Below are positions 1 to 10,090 of a stretch of DNA of 64,000 nucleotides, one piece after another. The position numbers and the translations under genes were made by a program. Where the stretch lies: positions 1,736,001 through 1,800,000 of the forward strand of contig MU058221.1 in NCBI GenBank assembly GCA_013265495.1. The letters are read 5' to 3'. The stretch's first letter is position 1; each line of letters starts with the position of its first letter. Below the pieces are notes generated by a model. The model was not told the DNA's origin, did no database searches, and worked only from the letters and a program-made list of their open reading frames with translations. The stretch is from Vicugna vicugna. Lineage: Eukaryota.

Positions 1-880
1 GGTTCACTCAGTTTCACTCAGATACACTGCTTACTTAAATCGCAAAACGCTTATCCAGTTTCCTGTTAGTGGACACTGGGCATGTTTCTGGCTTTTTGCC
101 GTGATAACCAGTGATACTGCTGACATTCCTGTGTGTATATAGTCCTCGGCATTCACATGAAAGCTGTGTATTCCTCAGTGTAAAACCATTGAGTACCAGG
201 GTTTAAGAAAATGCCAGTTTCCCTAAAGGGTTGTGTCAATCAACGCTGCCGCCAGCAGCAACGGAGAAGCCTCGTTGCTCCAAATCATCGCCAAGATCTT
301 GGAAAGTCAAAATTTCGTTTTTGTCAATCTGGTAGGTGTGAAATTACATTTCATTTCTGTTCTAATTTTAGTGTTTGCTGATGGGGTGACATATTGTCAT
401 ATATGCATTGCCCACTTTGCTGCTGCTTCACTGAAATGCGTGCCTGTATTTTTCACTCTTCTAGTGAATGCATTTTTCTTTCCCTTGCTGATTTTTACTG
501 TTATAAGCATATTTTAAAAATCAATTGTTTCTCAGAGCTGTATATGTATATATGGCATTTTCTTATACAATTACTTTATTTTGATTTTGATTTTAAAGTG
601 GTCTTATTTAGCAATATTTTATTTTATAGTTTGTGCTTTTTGTGTTTAAGAAACACCTTCCTAAACCAGAGTCAAAAACGTAGTTTTTAATATTTTCTCT
701 TAAAATTGTTAAATGTTAGTTTTCACGTTTAAGTCATCGGTTCTCCTGCAATCTGTTTTGTTTTATTTTGGCTGTTGTTTTGTTTTTATATTTTAAGGGG
801 TGGGAATCCAATTTATTTTTTGTTCATGTGGATAACCAATGTGAATAAAAATTTGTCTCTCAGTCCATTTTCAAGTAAGA
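1..880 (-). mobile_element. Old L1 (L1M-type) fragment
   Basis: T-rich antisense L1 ORF2-end/3' sequence, highly diverged. Confidence 0.6.
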
Positions 881-999
881 ACTGTTTTCCATGAAAATGG
901 TGGGTTAGAACTGGTTGTAAATGCTTTTCTCAAGACTACTGTTACACGTATATTGGTATGCGGACTTCCCATCTAGTCATACGGAATACTGAAAACACA

Positions 1000-1320
1000 T
1001 ACTCAAGCGTAAAGATTTACTAAAATGAGTTATTTTTACTGATTCCTCCAGCTCATCAAGGACGTTTTAAAGGGAAACATCTGTTTTGTTTCTTGCAAAC
1101 ACACAGATAAGAAGAGGGTTGATGTGCTGCCTGGGTTAATGCGAGGCACCCGAACTTTCACCCGCCGTTGCCTGCACCCCATCCACCGGTGTAAATGTCA
1201 ACACAGTAAAAAAGGCAAATGCGATTTCAGTATAGTAATGAACGTGAAAACCTGACCGCCCCCCTGAGATGGTCCTGAAGACCCCCAGGGCTCTGCAGAC
1301 CATAATCTGAAGTATCAGAT
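1000..1320. mobile_element. hAT-Charlie MER element (MER119-like)
   Basis: Segment tgtaaatgtcaacacagtaaaaaaggcaaat..gacccccagggctctgcagacca resembles the recalled consensus end. Confidence 0.45.
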
Positions 1321-1764
1321 CCCCAGCTCAGGATTGAACTGAATGGAAGAACTGTTTCTCAGCCTCCCCACGCAGAGGTGGCCGGCAGGCAAATCCACCT
1401 GCCCCTTCCTTACGATGCTGGCTCGCCGGTTGCCGTAGCAACGTCCAGGCATCCTTCGCACCTCGCTGCAGCAAGGAAGCAGCCGTGCTGAGCCGTTGCT
1501 CCTTCGCTGGTTTCACTTCTTTATTTTTCCTCGACTAATAGATGGCCCTCGGCAGTATTTTCCAGTTTTATACACACCCAACTTTGACATATTAATTTGT
1601 TTTTCACATCAATCATAAAAGACAAGGATTAATGAAACACATATGTACGCCTGCAAGAATGAGTTTTTGGCAGATTGCCCCAAAATACACTTTTGGTGAT
1701 TCCTTAAGGACCCGATGTCAAATATTTTCTAAATAATGAAACAGAATTTTTGTCACCAGGCTGC

Positions 1765-2030
1765 TGCTATTCCTGGAAGATTTGGAGAACAAGGTACCTG
1801 GACAAAGGTGGGGGAAGTGCAGACTTCACCTGTTGCTGGGAAAGCACCGCTCCGCTCACGGAAAAGAGGCAACGCCTGTGAAAATTCCCAGCCTTGGCTG
1901 GGGAGAGGCTCCTCCCCGTGGCGGGAAGCTCCTCGAATCAATGCCAGACACTTCCCATAACCCCTGTCCTGGCTCCACTTCCCCGTTACTCATCTCACTG
2001 CCCCTCCCTCAAATCCTCTTGTAAAGGCCC
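1765..2030 (+). promoter_or_regulatory. REG3 proximal promoter remnant with STAT3/IL-6-type elements
   Basis: TTCCTGGAA 1770-1778, CTGGGAA 1836-1842, TTCCCAG 1885-1891, TTCCCATAA 1952-1960, degenerate TATA TGTAAAG 2020-2026. Confidence 0.6.
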
Positions 2031-2044
2031 AGGCTTTTCTTCCC

Positions 2045-2074
2045 TGAGAACCCAGCGCAGACCCTGCAAGGCAG
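2045..2074 (+). pseudogene. REG3A: REG3 non-coding exon 1 (start approximate)
   Basis: Strong donor CAG|GTAGGT at 2074/2075, ~50 nt downstream of a TATA-like TGTAAAG (2020-2026). REG genes have a short untranslated first exon. Confidence 0.55.
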
Positions 2075-2365
2075 GTAGGTGGGAGCTGAGAGGGGATGAG
2101 ACCCGCGCAGGGGTTCCAGCTCCCACATGTGAGGGACGATGTACAGGGGTCCCTGGCTCGGGGATCACAGGGGCTCTGAGCCTCAGCAAAGGCAGCCCTG
2201 GGAGGTCTCAGGTCGGCGGGACGGACAGAGTCTCAAGGTCTCTCCAGAACTACAGGCGGGGGTGGCGCCTTCAAGCCCGATTTGTTCCTAGAAGACCAGA
2301 CAGAGGCGGAGACAGGAGGGACCACACGGGGTTTCTCACGGCCCCTCTGCCCACCCTCCCCTTAG

Positions 2366-2474
2366 GTCCTCTGGTTGCCGCCTCCTGCCGCAGACACGAT
2401 GCTGCCTCCCACGGCCCTCGCCAGCCTGTCCTGGGGGCTGCTCACCTGCCTGATGCTCCTCTCTCAGGTCCAAG
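2366..2474 (+). pseudogene. REG3A: REG3 exon 2 (signal peptide; CDS 2399-2474), donor mutated
   Basis: Acceptor ccctccccttag|G at 2365/2366; CAGACACGATG start context; 25 codons + 1 nt; followed by GAGAGG where GTGAG is expected. Confidence 0.85.
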
Positions 2475-3026
2475 GAGAGGGTTCTCTGCCTCCAGCACTG
2501 GGTCCCCCGTGTACGGTCAGGCCCAAGAGGAGGAGGAAGCTCTGTGTGCCTCCCATGGCCATGGGATGTCCCCCCACAACGGAACTGCCTGCCACTCCTC
2601 CTTCATCACTCCTTCCTTCAGGGCAGCTGCGGGGGGAGGCACTCAGCAATCCATTAACACTGGAGTGAGATGAATTCTATTTTCTTGGTAGAATCTGATT
2701 TATGTGGGAGGATTAACGAGGGAAAGGACAGAGGACCACTAATGAGATGAGTACGAGAAGGATCCAGTGCAGGGACCGTCAGACCCGAGGGGGAGAAACG
2801 TCAGACTTCTGAGTAAAGGTGAAGCATGAAAAGAAAATATCTCAATTATTAGGTCTGGTTCAAGATTTTTAAAAACGTCTGAGAGTGTTGGCAATGGGGA
2901 GAGGCAGTCAGTGGTCTGTTCTCTTCCCCAAGCACTGACGTCATACATATGTCCCAGGTCCCCTCCCCACTCCAGTCCCCACTCTCCATTTCACCCCATC
3001 GCTCTCCTTTGTGTCTCCCTCCCCAG

Positions 3027-3149
3027 CTGAACATGCCCGGAAGGATCTGCCTTCTGCACGGATCAGCTGCCCCGCAGGCTCCGTGGCCCGTGGCTCCGGA
3101 GTACTGCTGTGCCTTGTTCACAACACCCAGATCCTGGGCGGATGCAGAA
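3027..3149 (+). pseudogene. REG3A: REG3 exon 3 with 4-nt insertion
   Basis: Acceptor ccctccccag|CT and donor GAA|GTGAGT; 123 nt long; extra GGAG at 3098-3101 shifts the frame before YC.ALF. Confidence 0.9.
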
Positions 3150-3356
3150 GTGAGTTCTGGGAGTCGCACTAGGGCTGAGAAGGACCAGCAAATTAGAGAC
3201 CAGGTTGTTTGGTGCATGGACCCCATTCTCAAGAGATGTTTGAGGGTGATAGCGAGCACCCTCACCTTGTGCAAACACACCCGTTGTCCCTCCTTCAGCC
3301 CTGCCTTCCCCGCTGACGTCTCAGGCTCATCCTCAGGGTCTCCCTGCTCCACACAG

Positions 3357-3493
3357 ATGGCCTGCAGGAAGCGGCCTCGGGACACCTTGTGTCTGTGCTC
3401 AGCGGGGCGGAGGGGTCCTTCGTGGCCTCCCTGGTCAAGGAAAATCTGAACCCCCTCTCAGATGTCTGGAATGGACGTCATGACCCCACACAG
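3357..3493 (+). pseudogene. REG3A: REG3 exon 4 with 1-nt deletion
   Basis: Acceptor ctccacacag|ATG and donor CAG|GTACAC; 137 nt long; CGG CC TCG GGA where R-P-S-G is expected; WIGL motif degraded to WNGR. Confidence 0.9.
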
Positions 3494-4129
3494 GTACACT
3501 TACATCCTCTCCACCTGTTACCCCGCGAGAAGCTATGGCCACCCAGGCCCGCTCCCTGTCCCCTGCGCCTGCCCTGGAAATGCCCTAGAGAGCCCCGGAG
3601 CTCGGAGACCCAGGGAGTAACTGAGTAAAAGGGAGGGCCCTGAGGCCAGCTGAAGAGCTGAGTCCTGTGAGGTCCCCAGCCTCCAGCTCAAGTTACTCTG
3701 CCTCTTGTCAAGCCTTTTCCGTCATTCACGCATCATGCCTCGCCATTCAGTTCTCTGGGCTTCCCTTCTCTGTGTTAGCAAGTCCTACATTAGATAAGTA
3801 TTTAGGACTGATGCACTTTCTCCTCGCAAATATGACACTGTCTTGGAGGCTCAGAGGGTAATCACAAACGCACCACCAAGAGCTGGTCACACACCGATAC
3901 GTGCACCGTGTTTCTTTCTTCTTCTGCCTCCCAGAGCAAAACCAGCTTTTCACGAGTCACTGTCTTGAGTCACTATCTCACGCTGGTGGAAAGGGCTGGA
4001 TTCACGTGTGTAGAAGGAAGGAGAAGAGGGCACTGATGCTTTCTTTACATATTTTAAGTACATTGATATATTTTTTCCTAAATATAAAAAATAGGGAAAG
4101 ATACCAAAGTACTTATCAGTTCATCTACC

Positions 4130-4856
4130 TTTTTATGAAATTTAAAGTGATAACATACAGACAGACTTACTTCACTAAGCAGAATGCCCTCGAGGGCCAT
4201 CCCCGTTGTTACAAATGGCAAAACTGCATTCTTTTTCATGGCTGAGTCTCATGCGTGTACATCACGTCTTCTCTATCCAGTCATCTGCTGACGGGCACTT
4301 AGTCCTACCAACAAAGCACGAGGGGTCCCTTTCCCCCACGTCCTCGCCAGCCTTTGCTGCTTGTGGCCTTTTTCACGGTAGCCATCCCCACGTGTGCAGG
4401 GGACACCGCACTGCGGTGTTAACGTGCGTTTCCCTGATGATTAGTGAGGCTGAGCATCTTTCATGTGCCAGTTGGTCATCCGTTTGTCTTCTTTGGAAAA
4501 ATGCCTGTTGAGGTCCTCTGGCCCCTTTTTAATCAGGTTGTTCGTTTCTTTGATACTGAGTTGTGTGAGCCGTTTATGTATTTTGAAGATACAATGCTTA
4601 CATATCCCTTATCAATCATATCATTTAAAAATATTTTCTCCCATTCCACAGGTTGTCTTTTTGTTTTCTCAGTAGTTTCCTTTGCTGTGCAAAAGCTTTT
4701 AAATTTAACTAGATCCCATTGGTTTGTTTTTAACTTTGTTCCTTTTGTCTAAGGAGACAGATCCAAAAAATATTGTTACTATTTATGTCAGAGTGTTCTG
4801 CTTATCGGAAGCATTTTCAGGTCTTACATATAGGTCTTTAATCCATTTTGAGTTTA
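4130..4856 (-). mobile_element. L1 3' portion (antisense)
   Basis: Typical antisense L1 text: gttacaaatggcaaaactgcattctttttcatggctgag ... tttgctgtgcaaaagcttttaaatttaactagatcccattggtttg. Confidence 0.85.
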
Positions 4857-5149
4857 GAAATATACATGTGTATATATATATGTAGACACACACACACACA
4901 CACACATACACACTTTCCCTTTTTATTTCTTTAAAATTATACCATAAGCATTCTCCCACACTGTAAGAAAATACTATTTTTAATGGCTATGTAATATTTC
5001 AGGATACCTTTATATCACAATTCAGATGACCAAAATTTGCTAGACATTTAAAAAATTTTACCCTTGTTTGGCGTTATAAGTAGTGGGAAGAATCATCATT
5101 CTCTAAAACTTCCTCATTTTTTAATTTAAACTAATTTTAAAATAATCGA

Positions 5150-5285
5150 AAAAATTCTTGATAATGGAAATGCGTTCTGCACTGCCAGTAGCGTATCCAT
5201 GAGCCACATGTGGCTGTTGGATTCTCGATATGTGATTGATGCCACTGAGGAACTGGAGTCCTCATTTTACTGAATTTTAAGAAGT
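5150..5285. mobile_element. MER3-like hAT-Charlie DNA transposon
   Basis: gagccacatgtggctg..gccactgaggaactg..attttactgaattttaa. Confidence 0.65.
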
Positions 5286-5371
5286 TTGCGTTGAAGTCCC
5301 CATTGTGACCTTCGTGGTCAAAGCAGACCTTGAGGAGTTCAAACGCCACCTTATTTGCTTGCGTGCGGGAA

Positions 5372-5389
5372 GACCGCCATCTGGTGGCC
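5372..5389 (-). promoter_or_regulatory. Candidate CTCF site
   Basis: Reverse strand GGCCACCAGATGGCGGTC matches the CTCF core CCACCAGRKGGCG. Confidence 0.55.
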
Positions 5390-7169
5390 TTGCAGAATAC
5401 TGCCTGTGAACGTTTTTTGAAACCAAGTTGTATTTGCAACTATAAGCACACTTTGTAGTTGGAATGGCATGATGTTCAGGGCCCCCAAGGGTCCACCTGG
5501 TAGTTTATATAAAGTGTCTGCAGGTTTCTATTGGTGTGGCTAAAACATAGTCAACTGAATTCACAGGGGGACCGCCAATGCCCAGACAGACGCTGAGAAT
5601 GAGCCCCTTCGGGAAGCTCACCCTTGTGGCTGAGCCCTTAATAGACAACTGACATCTCTAGGAGTTGCCGACTCCAGAACTAGGCCCTCCGTTTGTCCTG
5701 CTGGTCAAAGTTCTCTCTGTTTTAAAACGTTTTTCAAACCGTTTATTCTTTCAGGAGCTCCTCTTACTTGTCATCACATATGCCCCTTGACAGTGCTTGC
5801 TCTACTCAGCATTTTTGTTCTAAAATTCATATTGTCGATTCTTGTGTATTTGCCCTATAACCATCCCCCGACTCAGCTCTAACTCCTTCCCTCATATCTA
5901 GCGTGTAATTCCCAAAATTGGTCTGAAATGTGCGTATATCTTTTGAATATATACATTAGCTATCAGTGATTTAAAGGGGGGCAAAATTAAATTCCTCCTT
6001 TACCCAACTAAGTTTGTAAGTAAGTAACAGATAGACAGTGGTGGGAAACGCGTGAAGACCAACATGTCAGCTTTATTACTGAAAGAACTGTTTTAAAATG
6101 CAGCTTTGTGGTACAGCAATGTTGAAAATTCTAATAGTGAACCCCAGAACTAAACTTTTTTACCGACGCACCAGCAGCTCCAGAAAACCCACTAATGAAA
6201 GATTCCTGTAAAAATTCAGGACATCAAGTCAGACCAGAGGGGTACATACTCTGGGCAGCTGGCCTGAGAGGAAAGAGGTGGGTGGAGGCTGGAGGCTGGA
6301 GAGAGGATGGGTGGAGGGGGTCTGCTATGAGCAGGGTGGGTATCCCACATCCTCTAAGTTATAATGTATTCCTTTTTGGTAGAAAGACTTCAAGGATGTG
6401 CAGATTGTTTCAGGGAACTAGCTCCGCAAAGAAACCAGAAGACAGAGGCAAAGTGTTCACATGAATGGAAATGAGTAAGTGATACTCCAGCACGATGTCA
6501 GCGAACACCTGAGCTGTTTGACAAAGTAATTTCAGCATCACCTGAAAGCCGTTGGGGAAGAACAGGTACTTAGTCATCTTTGCACACCTCCGCACATGGC
6601 TGTTCATCTTTTTCAACCCAAAGCGATCAAAAATTAGGTGACCGCAGTCAGTGGCTCTAAAAACGGAAACAAACTGACGTCAGATTCACTCCTCTTAAAG
6701 TGCTGCTTCCGTTGGTCTGGGCGACTCTGAAAACTCACCGGTGTCTTCCAGCTCGAAAACAAAAGAACTAGTTCTGAAACCATTGTATTTTAAAGTTGTT
6801 TAAACAGCCTTCAGCTACAATCAGAAGAGTAAAACTCACTGTGCGAACAGCACTGCAGCAGTAATAGCAACCTACCACATCCAATAAAATCCCTCGTTCA
6901 CAATAGCGATAAAAATAGGAAATTCCCACTGTAGGAATTCACCCCAAGGGTATGTCCTTGCATTTGAACCTAACAGTTTATTCGTCATGAAAGTGTTTAC
7001 AACCATTCTTATAAAATGACGGCGATAGTCGCTGTTTCTAAATGTGCTGACTTGGCAGAATTTTAAACCGCTCCGGCCACTGCGTGTTGTCCCCAGCCCC
7101 GGAGGGTCACCACTCCAGGAGGCAAGAAGTCTGCACACAACCCTCGTTCGAGCTGTATCTGCTGAGTCA

Positions 7170-7600
7170 CCCTAGGAGCCGGCATCGGGGTAACAGCTCG
7201 CACCCACGTGGACAGCGGGCAACCGAGCAGGGAGTCTCCCCAGGAGACGCCCTCCGCCTGGGGCCCCCGCAGGACAGCCCTCCCGGGCCCCGTCGCCGAG
7301 GACGGCGCTTCGGCGTGCCGGGGGGCGGCCGCGGCTACAGAGGGGCCCAGCAGGCCTCCCCGGGCCGAGGGGCTGCACGGGGCAGGCGGGGCCGCCCCTT
7401 CCGGGGAGGGATCTGGGGCCGCGCGCCGGGTCGGGGCTGCTCCAGGCAGGCAGGCGTGGGCCGCGCCGGCTGCAAGCCCGGGGGGCGAGCGGGGCCTGCG
7501 CCCCACGGCCCGGCTCCGCGCGCGGCGAGCCCGGCGCCGACAGCGACGCCACGCGGCGGTGAGGCGCGGTGCAGCGTGACTCGGCGCGGCTCCAGCAGGT
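7170..7600. promoter_or_regulatory. CpG island / candidate promoter
   Basis: Very GC-rich with dense CpG and GC boxes (GGCGGG); flanked by ARE TGCTGAGTCAC 7160-7170, E-box CACGTG 7205-7210 and ETS CTTCCGG ~7702-7708. Confidence 0.75.
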
Positions 7601-7714
7601 GCAGGAATGTCTATGCAGGCAGCAGGTGGGGCACCTGGAAACTAACCAGGAAAACGCTAGAGAGAGCGATGTGCAGTGTGGGTGTGCAGCGCTCATATCG
7701 CTTCCGGCTGTTCC

Positions 7715-7840
7715 TTTCACCCTCTCTCTCTCCCTCCTTGCTCTTCCCCTCCCTCCTCCCTCCCTTAATCTCTCTCCCTCCCTCCATTTCTCTCCTTCCC
7801 TCTCTCTGTCTCTGTCTCTCCCCCCCCCCCCTTTCTCCCT
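7715..7840. repeat. CT-rich low-complexity tract
   Basis: Near-pure pyrimidine run. Confidence 0.85.
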
Positions 7841-9412
7841 CATCAGTTTGTGAACTTTCGCAGAGTACGTTATCCCTCCCTTCTCAGACTGGAGATTTGG
7901 CAGAGTGGACACAAAGTAGTTAATAAGAGTGGGAATTCCGTCTCTCTCGTGTTTCTAAATTACTTCCCACAGGCACATGCTATTCAGCACGTCCATGGAT
8001 CAGAAAACACTCCAAGGACAGAACTCTTTCTGCAAACTGCCCCTGTGTCCACCGGTTTCTCTCCGTTCTATGTCCGTGGCCCATTTTCCCACACCCAGAG
8101 ATGTAAATACAGTGTTATTGACTGGTACGTGAGCTAAGCTGACAGCTGGTGGCACTGCTTCTCAACCAAAATTCGAAATTCCTAATGCGTAAGCAGAAGA
8201 AAGTGTATCTCTTTATTTGCCGTCGGAAGTGATCTAAGCTCTAAGGACATGAGAATTGCTAGGGAAACAGATTTCTGAACCCAACGCCTTAGAGACAAAC
8301 GGAGTACGTCTTGGAATCTGCAGGTTTAGTGCTGCAGATGATTCCAACTCAGTTCCTAAATCACGTTATCGGAAGTGGAGACACGGGATGGCAGGGCTTC
8401 AAACTCAAGAAAAGGAGGGGATAAAAGTTTCCTTCCAACATGTCCTTCCTGTCTGGGGGGCTTGCCAAAGTCTGCAATGACACTGTGCTGCTTTCAATGT
8501 CATACGCACTCACATATGTTATAATGTACATCCGTATTATATATATTTGTATCATAAGGGGTTATTGATCATCAATCTCAATTCTCTTAAAAGATTCCTT
8601 CCCCATTCACAAGCAAGATCAAAAGTAATCTGTTAACTCCACCAAACTAATGAATAGCTGAGAGTTTTTTGTATCTGTGTTTACTGACTTTCTAACACTT
8701 AATTATGAGCACTCTAAGTCACAGAAAAACTGAGACAGTTTTATCATGAAGACCCAAATGCCTGTCACCTGGACTCTACAGTTCATCTTTTACTATGCAT
8801 CCCTCTGTTACCCATCAGTGCCTTCTACTGTTTTGATGCAGCTTATTTCAATGCAGGCTGGAGGCACTACTCAGTCTGCATCTTATTAAGTAACTAGAGC
8901 TCAAGATTTGTTTACGGTTTTCGTGTAAAATTCACATACAAAGAAATGCATATATCTTTGGAATATCATTCAGTGAGTTCAGACAACCACATTCACCTGG
9001 GGTTCATAGGTGATGAGGTTTTGGGGGACTGCCAGAGTTCTGTCCAAAATTGTCCTAAATTTTGGGAAGCTTCAAATGACCCAGATGCACCTGTCTCCAC
9101 ATGAGGATGACACTGGAGGTTGGAACATTTTGGATCTCCCATTCTTTGTTTCTCCCCCAGTCATCCTCTCTAGGAACCCTGGCTCTGCCATCCAACTCTT
9201 TCTGTTTTGACCTTTTATCTTGTTCTGCCAGCTCTCCTGTTCTTAAATTTTCTGGGCTTCAGCCAGCTTAGTCCCATTTGGTAAGGCATTTTTGCGCACA
9301 GACAATTTAGGTAATAAGAGTTATTCCTCATTCCCAGTAGGATTTTAGAGTTTCCATACTCCGTTAACTACTCTCACGGGAAACTCAGCTTGATCAATAT
9401 TTTCTGTCACCT

Positions 9413-9566
9413 TTAATAATAGCTCCTGTAACTGAATACTTTTTAAACACCGGGCACCATGCTCAGATTTTTACAAAATATTGCATTTATTTCTTAACAG
9501 CAACCCTGAGGTAAATTTCAGAATTTATTAGACCCGTATGTCCATTGAGGAAACCAAAGCAGAGGT
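9413..9566 (-). mobile_element. MIR SINE
   Basis: taataatagc..gcaccatgctcaga..acagcaaccctgaggta..gaggaaaccaaagcagagg. Confidence 0.7.
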
Positions 9567-9689
9567 GACAATGGGATGAGAGGCAGTGTGGGGAGGGTGT
9601 CACAGTTAGGGGATTATGATTAAGTCTGATAACAGACTGACAGTCAAAAAAAATAACAATTAAACTTACGTAGGCAGAATGCTGTCAAC

Positions 9690-10090
9690 ATGGAATGAGT
9701 TCCAGAGAGGATGAATCAAGTTGGTAAAAGGACCTGAAAATCAATGTATGTAAAGAAAAGTAAAAGAGCAAAGAATAGATAACCTGGAAGATTCGGGAGA
9801 AAGCAGGTGTCTGTTTCCCAGTAATGAAGGGGTTATCATACGATGGGAAAGATTCCATTCAACTGTATTCTGGCATGTGGGCCAGGACCTAAAAGTTACA
9901 GGAAGGTAGTTTCCAATCCAGTATAAGAAAAAAAAAGTTTCTGATCAATTGAACTGTCTGAAGATGGAATACTCTACTCCATCAATGTATGTTACTAGAG
10001 GTGCTCGAGAAATGACTATGTGACCACTTATCCGAAATTTGTAGACCGGATTCTTGCATGGGGTGGAAAACTGTATCAGTTCTGCTACTA
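9690..10090 (+). mobile_element. L3/CR1 LINE 3' fragment
   Basis: aagttacaggaaggtagtttccaatccagtataagaaaa..tttctgatcaattgaactgtc..gattcttgcatggggtgg resembles the L3 3' end. Confidence 0.6.

Larger units (their letters stand above)
2045..3493 (+). pseudogene. REG3A: REG3-family (PAP/lithostathine, C-type lectin) unprocessed pseudogene; 5' exons only, 3'-truncated
   Basis: Signal peptide MLPPTALASLSWGLLTCLMLLSQVQ from ATG 2399. Exon 3 reads EHARKDLPSARISCPAGS..YCCALFTTPRSWADAE and exon 4 reads [44 protein letters not shown], both matching REG3 proteins and their exon phases. Lesions: exon-2 donor GA instead of GT, +4 and -1 indels, last two exons not found. Paralogue (REG3A vs REG3G-like) is uncertain. 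Confidence 0.9.

Noticed and set aside
1894..2673. 259-aa ORF overlapping the REG3 5' region
   Set aside because: Out of frame with REG3 and runs through promoter and introns; no family resemblance.
7063..7923. Long overlapping ORFs (279, 246, 147 aa) over the CpG island
   Set aside because: Stop-poor GC-rich and CT-repeat sequence; low-complexity R/G/P/A products with no recognisable domain.
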